Positions 54,452 through 64,000 of a stretch of DNA of 64,000 nucleotides are shown in pieces; the stretch's first letter is position 1, and every line of letters starts with the position of its first letter. The translations under genes were made by a program, and so were the position numbers. The notes under the pieces are model-generated. The model worked only from the letters and a program-made list of their open reading frames with translations. It did not search any database and was not told the DNA's origin. Origin of the DNA: Octopus sinensis. Lineage: Eukaryota. The stretch covers positions 6,944,001-7,008,000 of the forward strand of contig NC_043008.1 of the NCBI RefSeq assembly GCF_006345805.1, written 5' to 3'.

Positions 54452-55797
54452 TGCACACGTTAATGTCTCTCACAAAACCAGGATGAACGCAGAATACATT
54501 GGTTCTGTCCTTCTGCAACAGCATAAAAACAAAAGCTATCTAACGCTACAACAATAATAAATGTAAACGACTCTATTCATGAGGCGACACTCACACATTT
54601 CATTGATAATTGCTGGTTAAGTGTTGGTATAGAGAAAAGAAGACAACAAAATATTATGTTGGGTTACCTTCTCGTCTGATGTCTACATCTCTTGTGGAAA
54701 TCGTTGCAAAGAGGAAACAAAAATACACTTACCTGAAAATAGAAAGAAAGAAGAAAAGTTTCACATTAATAACAGTTCCCTTATTGCACATACATTATAC
54801 TTCAATATATAAATAAAGCACTAAGAGTCTCTCTGTCTCTGTCTCTCTCTCTCTGTATGTATATATATATATGAATGTATACAAAGTGTATGTGTGTGTA
54901 TGTATATATATATGTATAGAGACATATATAGTACATCATAAACACGCATATTATATATATATATGTGTGTGTGTGTGTGGTGTGTATGTGTGTGTCGGGG
55001 AATATGTTCATGCCTATTGATTAGTGACAAAATATTATTTATACTTTTAACAAGCTTCTATTTTCAAAGATTCGAAAGGTCATTATTATTATCATTATTA
55101 TCATTGTTATTATCGTTGCTGTTGTTGTAATTATTATTATTATTATTGTTGTTGTTGTTGCATTTATTTACTCTCATCCTTTATTTCATCCACTTTTTGT
55201 CCATTTCATGTGTAAACGACTTTTTAACCTTCGCTGTTCTTTTGTACATATATGTGTGTATATGTGTGTCTGTTTGCGTGTGTGTGCGTGTGCCAGCGTG
55301 TGTGTGCGTGTGCCAGCGTGTGTGTGTGTGTGTGTAGTATATAATTGTATATGCACGCCTGGACAAAAATATAGATATTTTCATCATGTCTTTATAAACA
55401 CCTTCATATATATAACGCTACCATAGACAAACACACACACACATATATTTGTATATGAACCAAAAGAGGAAGAGAGAGGAGTAAGTGGCGTATTAAAGAG
55501 AGAGAGGAAGAGTGTGAGGGGAGAGCGAGAGGGGGAGATAGAGATCTATCTGATCGAAATACTATCAATGTCAATCAAGTACATTTGTGTAACTCGTATG
55601 ATAATGAACAGATGTCGATGTTGATAAGAGGGCGTTGGTGTGAGTACGTGGACGTGTTAACTGATGGAATGATTAAAGGTGATTCACTGAGCTACCACTA
55701 CTTCTTTGCTGCTGTCTCTCCTTTTTTTTATGCAAGCAAGTCATAAAAAATCACACACGAAGCCTCAAAAACTATATTCCCTTTTTGTTTTGTTATT

Positions 55798-56000
55798 AAG
55801 GCGACAGGCAGAGAGAATCGTAAGCACGCCGATAAAAATACCTCCCGATATTTTTTACGTTGTGAGTTCACATTCCGCGGACGTCGCCGTTGCTTTTCAT
55901 CTTTTCGGGGTCAATGAAATAAACAGCGGTAGAGTACTAGGGTCTACGTAATTAACCTCCTCCTCCTAAAATTTCGGGCCCTGTTCTTGTAGTGGAAAGA
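55798..56000 (+). mobile_element. Degenerate SINE family A copy
   Basis: GGCAGAGAGAATCGTAAGCACGCCG head and CTTTTCATCTTTTCGGGGTCAATGAAAT core. Confidence 0.6.
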
Positions 56001-56254
56001 ATTTTTGTGATGTGTATATATATATATATATATATATAAAGTTAATCCAAACAAGAAAGCACAAAAAAACACAACAACGCGAGGACGTGGAACAAATATA
56101 GTATTATTGGACGCTCAGGAAAGAAGGAAAGAAGGAGGGCTTAACGTTCCGAGCGGAGCTCTTCGTCGGAAACATAGGAGAAGGAAAGATCCAGAGAAGG
56201 GAAGACAGAGGAAAAAAATCGCCAACGGTACACACGATATATATATATAATATA

Positions 56255-56332
<78 letters not shown>

Positions 56333-56339
56333 AAGAAGA

Positions 56340-56611
56340 ATATTAGGGAGTATAACTCCAAACTTTCAGGGAAAAATTCAATTCAGTATTAAATCAAATT
56401 TCACAATATAAATATATAAAATATAAATTAGAGATAAAACCACAACTATGCAACTCAAACAGTGATAGACATAGACCAATAAATAAATAACAAATAAAAT
56501 ATATATTTATAAAACATATAACTAGATCTCATGTTTTACAAAAATATTTGTTATTTATTTTTTGTTTATGTCTATCACTGTTTGAGTTGCATAATAGTGG
56601 TTTTATCTCTA

Positions 56612-56620
<9 letters not shown>
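56340..56620. repeat. Fold-back element, arms ~56421-56517 and ~56531-56620
   Basis: ATAAATTAGAGATAAAACCAC...CTCAAACAGTGATAGACATA is mirrored by TATGTCTATCACTGTTTGAG...GTGGTTTTATCTCTAATTTAT. Confidence 0.75.
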
Positions 56621-56645
<25 letters not shown>

Positions 56646-57727
56646 CCATTACTGTATATATATATTCATTTTCTTTGTTTGTATACACACGCCTGTCTAA
56701 CAGTTAGTTTATCTGTGTGGGCGGTATAGAAAGTTTACAGAGTGAGAGGCAGGGATGGAAAGAAACAGTGAAATAATGGAAGAGAATGGTGAAAGTGATT
56801 CATTTCTGAGGAGACCCCAATTTTAGAGTCGATGAGATTTATGGTCAGCCATTGCTGCCGGTGGACCTAATTGACTTCACTTATGTCACAAAGACTTAAA
56901 AGTGTGTGACACGGTTGTTCCTTTTGTTGCGGAATTGTTTGAAATGTTGTCCTTCAGTTAACAAGAATCCATTTATATAGAGGAGGGAAAGAATGTGAGA
57001 GAGAAATGGTAGGAAATAGAAATAGAGTGAGAGAGAGAGAGAAAGGAAGGAGAACAGAAGAAGAGGGGATGGTGGTGGTGATATTGAGAGAGAGGGAAAC
57101 AATGAAATCAACGGATATTAATGTAATTTTTCGATAGGTTAAAAGTAAATATGTCGACAATAACAACAACAAATGGTGTGTGTGAGCTGGAAACCAGTGT
57201 ATGAAGAATTATAGCAACAACAACGAACATAGCAGTAACAACAGCATTGTAGCAGCAGTAATAATATTAACGGTCTCAAATAATAAGTGGAACGCAAATC
57301 GTGTAAGAGTAACACGAAATAATTACATGACCTATGGAGATTTACAGATGGGTATACAAAACATACACGCGCTCCAAACAATGCGTTAAGACACACTAGT
57401 AAACCCACGTGTTAAAACTGGTTAAAAATTTGTTTCACAAAATATATGAAACAAAGTAAGCTACAGAAAAATAGCTGAGAAATACCTAACCCCAGGTTAG
57501 GGGCCATTACACCTCACGTCTCTGTTCACCTGTAATTCCTTGTATTGGAACGTAGTGCTTCAAAATCCCACCCACCGCAAGTATCCAATATTCACGAATA
57601 ACAGTCTATTATCTCAATAGTTTTTCTAATATTTTCGCAGTGTTTCTTTTTCATTAACACAACACCTTTTTTTTCTAACATCATCTATTTTCTCTATGAG
57701 AAGATCTCTGGTCCTCTGAATAACCAA

Positions 57728-57953
57728 AAACCTATTTCTTTACTACCCACAAGGGGCTAAACACAGAGAGGTCAAACAAGGACAGACAAACGGATTAAGT
57801 CGATTATATCGACCCCAGTGCGCAACTGGTACTTATTTAATCGACCCCGAAAGGATGAAAGGCAAAGTCAACCTCGGCGGAATTTGAACTCAGAACGTAG
57901 CGACAGACGAAATACTGCTAAGCATTTCGCCCGGCGTGCTAACGTTTCTGCCA
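57728..57953 (-). mobile_element. SINE family A copy
   Basis: Reverse complement of the family A head/core/tail. Confidence 0.85.
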
Positions 57954-59331
57954 GATCGAAACCATCAAATTGTTGTAGCTAATGATTGTTTCTTTACAAA
58001 CGTTCGACTCGTCAGCTCTTACTTTTTTCATGGGTTTTCCCTAGGTCTTTTTATACCGTTTTCTGCCCTACACACACTAACATCCAAGCTCATTATTCAC
58101 ATCCTGCTCCTTGTCATAACACAGGAAGGTGATACTTGCTGGTTTGGTTATGACTGAGGTACGAAATCCCTGCCCCTCATCTTGTGACCCTAAAGGCGAT
58201 GTGATCATTTCTTCCATTATATCTGGATCTTCGAACGTCTCTGCTTTCGGGGGACAACAATTAATGTGACCTGCCGCTGTTGTTGCCATTGTTTTTAACT
58301 TATTTTCTGTTTCACAAAGATTCATAAAACACTTAAATGGCTCTTACTGTTACACATGTAGCGACTGGGATTTTTGCTCTCTCTACAACCAGCTCATTGT
58401 TTATCTTCCTACATACATGACGAGGAGTAAAACCGAAATAGACTAGCAGTCTTCAGGAAATGATGGCGATTTCCATCTGCTTCCAGAGCTCATACACGTA
58501 CATGTGTTTTGTATTCATTTCGGTGACACCCCAACTCGTGATGCATCGGCTCCTGTATTGAGTTTTACACTTTTGGTAAGTATATGACGCACCAGGTCGC
58601 CTTGCTTTCTCGCTTCTATCTCAGTTTGTAACGCATCATACGTTTCCATAAGTCTCGCCTCGCCTGACGGAAATATCGCTCCCCAAACCAGCCAACACTA
58701 TCTTTAGTCAATGCTAAAGACAAGAATATCTCTGTGCTTTTGGAGATATAAAGACATGAGCTTCTTCCCTATTTATTCTTGGAGTGAAGTCTTTTATGTA
58801 AAACTTCACTTTCTTGGTTAGCGATTACTTAGGTAAACACTTTCTCTCTGTTAGGTTACACATGTTCAGTATGTCCTGGTTTCTAACAATATTAACAAAC
58901 GAATCGATTTTTCTTTCCCTTTTGTCTCACTGTAAACCATAATTTTGCTCATTAAGATTGGTTTTTGTTCTCGTTTGAAGAAGCTGTTGTTGTTGTTATT
59001 AATATTATCGTTCAAATTGTTCAAACTGACATTGTTAACTCTATTAGTTTTTTTTAGTGCACAATAGGTGAGTTTTGTAGTGAAATTAAATTTGTTCATT
59101 TAGTAATTAATTAATTAATTAATATATTTATTGATTTCGGTATAGTTATGTTTATTATAAGAGATGCTTCTTTGACAAGAAAACGTTCTAATTTGAACGT
59201 AATCAGAAACAGAAAATTTAATTTATTTCCAAAAATACCAGGTGTTATGTCCCCCGTGGTATGAGGTAGACGACGCCCAACGCACTGAAGACGATTTCGT
59301 CCTCAAAAGTATACAAACAAAAACACCGTTC

Positions 59332-59377
<46 letters not shown>

Positions 59378-59602
59378 ATTTTCAAACATAACTACATGTG
59401 GAATGTTGGCGAATTTTTTCCTCCGTCATCCGTTTCTGTTGGACTTTCCTCTGTGACCTGTTTCTGAAGAAGAGCTTTACTCGAAACGTAAAACACCGTT
59501 TCTTTCCTTCCCTGGGCGTCTTTTAAAACTTTGCGTGTACCACGTCCTCGCGTTGTTGATTTTAGTGTGTTGCGTTTTTTCTTCGTTTATATTTTGAGAT
59601 TA

Positions 59603-59645
<43 letters not shown>

Positions 59646-61275
59646 ATATATATATATATATCTGAAAACATATTCTTGAATTCTTGAAGCAAAGCGAAGG
59701 CAAACACTCATAGCAATATTCATTGATGAGGATGCTTTGTGACACAACTACAAAGTTACATTGAGTATAATTGGTACGAACGATCCCTTCCACTTCTCTA
59801 TTGCATATTTATCAGCCTCAGAAGATCAATTCTCAAGTTCAACACACAACATTTGAATACCGGACGTAAAGAGACGTAACTAAGATTGAACTATCAACAA
59901 ATCATTTCATTTGTCGTCTCCAGATTCTCTTTATCAATTCGTCACAAAATAAAGAAGGAACATTATTCAACATAAATAATTAACATAACATAAGGTGGGA
60001 ACCAACGTATTTCTTCATATGAACCACGAAATTTTAATTCAGTGACATTATACCCGTAATGAAATAATTATTATCATAATGATTATCTCTGGCCACGAAA
60101 ATCAAGGGATCAAGGGAGACAAATTAAAATGTAGCGGTGAACGAAGAGGATTTTTTGAATAATCTGGGGCCATGTTTCTTTTTTCCTAGATGTCTTCAAC
60201 AAAACAGACTCATGGTCACTTGCCGTTGTGGCTATCGATCTCGCCTACTGCAATGCCTAACTTGGTTGTAAGAACGTAAAGTGGGAGTGACGCCAATTAA
60301 TAGAAACTCCAAATACTTGATTAGGACTTATTTATCGACCCCAGAAAAATTAGGAAAATGAAAGATAAAAATTCTGTAGCATCACCGTCCTCCTACACAG
60401 ATAAAAGTATTTTTAAAAGAATTAATAAAAGCAACAGATCTAACTGAAAAGACATCTAACCCGAAGTAGAACAGAGAAGAATGTAAATATATGATTAGTT
60501 AAAGACTGAGAAATGAAGAGATTTCAACAGAGTATGAGAGAAAATGAATGGGAAATATATTGTCTTTTTGTGTTATAAACAGATGAAAGAAAAAAAATCA
60601 ATAAAAAAATAAGTAAAAATAAGAAAAAAAATCAAAAAATAAAAAGAGAAAGAAAAAGATAGAAAAATTGTAAAGGATTTTTCGATCTCTACTCAGAGTA
60701 ACGATGTAAATATTATAAAAAAATCCTATTAGCCATTAAAAACATTAGCATTATAATCAATAATCAACAATTTTAATGTAATCAATTTAATGGTGACAAT
60801 AAATAGTGAGGGAGTGAGACAAAGAGAGAAAGAGAAAGTAGGAGGAAGGGAGGGAAGGAGGGAGGGAGGGGGAGCTGAGACATCAGCTTAAAAGCATTCA
60901 CGGCAAAGCTATATTTACTAAAGTTCGAAGTTAGATAACTACTTGTATGTAACGATTAAAAATATATTTATTTCTAAATTGGCCATTGTTGATTCAGAGA
61001 AATACACAATAGAGTGACTGACTGCGCGGTAGAGATGTTGAAATGTTAATAGTTGACATATACTAGATATATTGAGAACGGTGTTGACTGTTTTGATTGG
61101 ACAGCGAAGGAAGTGAATGCAGGTGGGTTGGTGCTAGGGGGAAAGGGGATGGCGAGTTTGTTGACCAATATCTGATGGAGTGTGTGTGTATGTGTGTGAG
61201 TGAGTGAGAGAGTGAGAAAATTGATGGGTGATAGAGGGATGTGTGCGTACGTACGTAGTGTAGCGTGTGTGTATA

Positions 61276-61679
61276 TATTTTTTTATTGTCCACAAGGGGC
61301 TGAACATACAGGGGACAAACAAGGACCGACAAAGGGATTGAGTCGATTACATCAATCTCAGTGCGTAATTTATCGACCCCGAAAGGATGAAGGACAAAGT
61401 CGACCTTGGTGGAATTTGAACTCAGAACGTAATGGCAGACGAAATACCAATTTCTTTACTACTCACAGGGGGCTAAAAACAGGGAGGACAAACAAGGACA
61501 GACAAACGGATTAAGCCGATTATATCGACCCCAGTGCGTAACTGGTACTTTATTTATCGACCCCGAAAGAATGAAAGGCAAAGTTGATCTCGGCGGAATT
61601 TTAACTCAGAACGTAATGGCAGACGAAATACCGCTAAGCATTTCGCCCGGCGCGCTAACGTTTCTGCCAGCTCGCCGCC
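61276..61679 (-). mobile_element. SINE family A with a duplicated 3' module
   Basis: Exact 17-bp TSD TGTAGCGTGTGTGTATA at 61259-61275 and 61680-61696. Confidence 0.9.
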
Positions 61680-61696
61680 TGTAGCGTGTGTGTATA

Positions 61697-62040
61697 GTAT
61701 ATACTACGGCACTCCGTCGGTTACGACGACGAGGGTTCCAGTTGATCCAATCAATGGAACAGCCTGCTCGTGAAATTAACGTGCAAATGGCTGAACACTC
61801 CACAGACACGTGTACCCTTAACGTAGTTCTCGGGGAGATTCAGCGTGACACAGAGTGTGACAAGACTAACCCTTTGAAATACAGGTTCAAGGGAAATAGA
61901 AAGAAAGAGAGAAAAAGTACAGCAGGGGTCTCCACTACCCCACGCCAGAGTCACGTGGAGCTTTAAGTTTTTTCGCTCAATAAACACACACAGCGCCCAG
62001 TCTTAGAATCGAAACCGCGAGTCCGCTGCCCTAACCACTG
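61697..62040 (-). mobile_element. tRNA-derived SINE family D; second, internally deleted copy at 62143-62333
   Basis: Minus-strand head CAGTGGTTAGGGCAGCGGACTCGCGGTTTCGATT and tail CGTCGTCGTAACCGACGGAGTGCCGTAG (RTE-like tail, by recall). Confidence 0.65.
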
Positions 62041-63209
62041 ACGTGATTATTAACCAATATCTGATGGAGTGAGAGAGAGAGAGAGAGAATTGATTGGTAA
62101 TAGAGAGATGTGTGGGTACGAGCCTAGTGTAGCGTGCGTGTCTAGTATATACTACGGCACTCCGTCGGTTACAACGACGCGGGTTCCAGTTGATCAAATC
62201 AACAGAACAGCCTTCTCGGGAAATTAACAACCCCCTGCTGGAGCATCGAGGAGCTTTAAGTGTTTTCGCTCAGTAGACACATATAACGCCCGGTCTGAAA
62301 ATCGAAACTGCGAGTCCGCTGCCCTAAAGACTGATGTGATTGTTAACCAATATCTGATGGAATGTGTGTGGGAGAAAATTGATGTGTAATAGAGGGATGT
62401 GTGGATACGTACAAAGTGTGGCGTGTGTGTATATAAGTAGACTAGAGAGAAAGAGAGTGTGCGAAGATTTAAATGGTTGATATAGTTCGGAAGATAGTGT
62501 AACAACAATGAAATCGTGGTTGGAGAAGTTATAGAGAGGTTTAATGCATTCATTTGGGCGATGTGAGACACCAGATAGAAAAGATACGTGGGTGTTGGTT
62601 AATATAGGAGAGTAGAGGTAAAGTACTTGAAAGATGATTTGTAGTTTTAGAAGCAAGAATTCCGACAGCTAAAAGAGAGAAAGAGAGAGAGAGAAATATC
62701 CGGTGTTTCATTGTTGCAATGCTTGCTGATAAAAACATTTTCTGGAATGAAGCGAGGATATTTTTGTAGTAAGAATAGAAAGAATAAAAATAGAAACAAA
62801 AAAAGTTTGCTGAAAAAGTGGGTGAAAGTCCCAGTTGTAGAAGTTGTTCTATAAAGGTAACTGATAGAAAAACTGAAAACTTAGAAAAACTAACGGAACA
62901 TAAAAGGAATTATTTTAAGGTCGTCTGTAAAAAAGCATAACATTTATAAATATATGGACAAAAACAAAATAAGATACGTACATCAAAGGTACATGTATGG
63001 CTTTTTGGTTAGGAAGAACTTCACGACTACGCGATCTATGGTTCAATCTCACTATGCGATAAATTTGTAAAATGTCTTCTACAATGGTATCACTCCCAGC
63101 AAATACATTGTGAATAAGGGTTTCTGGGTAGTCATTATACAGCGACTCGTCATATACATACACAAACACATATACGCACACATACATATTTAAGTGTGTG
63201 TGTATGTCA

Positions 63210-63460
63210 TTATTATCTCCGCTTTCGCTAAGCGGTGGTATTGTGTTTCAGTTGTGTTTGTTTATATTTTTGTTTGTCCATGGACAAGATATCTCAAGAA
63301 CCGCTGGATGGATTCGAACTTTCAGGGATGTTTTCGTGACTGGCACGAACTGATTAGATTTGGGGACCGATCCGCTACAAGACAAGAATTTTGGATTTTT
63401 TTTTTTTTTTTTTTTGAGAGCGGTTCTAGGAAATTGATGCTCTCTTCCAAAACGTGTTAA
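63210..63460 (+). mobile_element. Putative Helentron-associated (HINE/DINE-like) element 5' part
   Basis: TTATTATCTCCGC start, subterminal hairpin CCGCTTT-CGCT-AAGCGG, (GTTT) run, then GATATCTCAAGAACCGCTGGATGGATT. Confidence 0.4.
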
Positions 63461-63834
63461 AATTTTATTATACTGAATGTTGTACTCCAGTATGGCCGGA
63501 GATCAATTACTGAATTAAAAAAAGGACAGTAAAACAGGTGTAATAAAACAAGACGAACAATTAGTTTCTGTATTTTCTAATCGAACGTTAAAACATTTTT
63601 CCTATTAAAAAATGGAAAAAAAAACCCTGAAGGTTTCGTGTGAAATAGCAGGATTAATGTTTTGTCTTGTCTTTGGATCTCGAAGTACAAACTACTGGAG
63701 AACCATTATATTACTGGTACACATTGGGCAATGAAATTTTACATTCCCATAGAAAGACCAGATATTCATTGGGCGGTGGGGGTGGTGAGGGTCTTTTTCC
63801 GATCAGAGTCAACACAAGGCAAAACGACCTCAAC

Positions 63835-64000
63835 GGGTAGATGGCGTAGTGGTTAAGAGCGCGAGCTACTAACCCCAAGATTCCGAGTTCGATTCCAGGC
63901 AGTGACATGAATAATAATATTAATAATAATATTAACATCGAAAAATACGTTAGGAATGAGAACCCAGGTTCGAAATTTCCTCAAGACACCTGATGAAGGC
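63835..64000 (+). mobile_element. SINE family E copy (tRNA head, TAA spacer, start of hammerhead), cut by the window end
   Basis: A box TGGCGTAGTGG at 63842, B box GTTCGATTCC at 63887, intact CTGATGA core at 63990-63996 preceded by GACAC. Confidence 0.75.

Noticed and set aside
58077-58720. 82-aa ORF and adjacent coding-like sequence on the minus strand
   Set aside because: It is interrupted by stops and has no confident motif. It may be a decayed retroelement but cannot be assigned without BLASTx.

Overview
AT-rich, microsatellite-saturated eukaryotic DNA. The repeat repertoire (tRNA-headed SINEs, R4/Dong LINE relics, mariner) resembles a cephalopod, probably Octopus; this is inferred from pattern recall, not from a search. 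I found no credible host protein-coding exon. Nearly all supplied ORFs are translations of (TA)n, (CA)n, (TATC)n or (CAT)n repeats, so the window looks intronic or intergenic. The main signal is RNA-structural. Bases 1-2130 hold ~5.4 tandem copies of a ~360-bp non-coding unit plus an inverted partial copy. Each unit carries a type I hammerhead ribozyme (HHR) with a U3-A8 compensatory core, a palindromic mini stem III and a long stem I, which is the architecture of a Penelope-dependent non-LTR retrozyme / circRNA array. Several other HHR-like repeat families occur across the window: (TA)n-embedded fold-back elements, minimal pLTR-type motifs, and a tRNA-SINE head joined to a hammerhead. There are also local inverted and tandem duplications, decayed mariner/Tc1 and hAT elements, and putative Helitron/Helentron-like elements. 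All folds were done by eye and coordinates are approximate.
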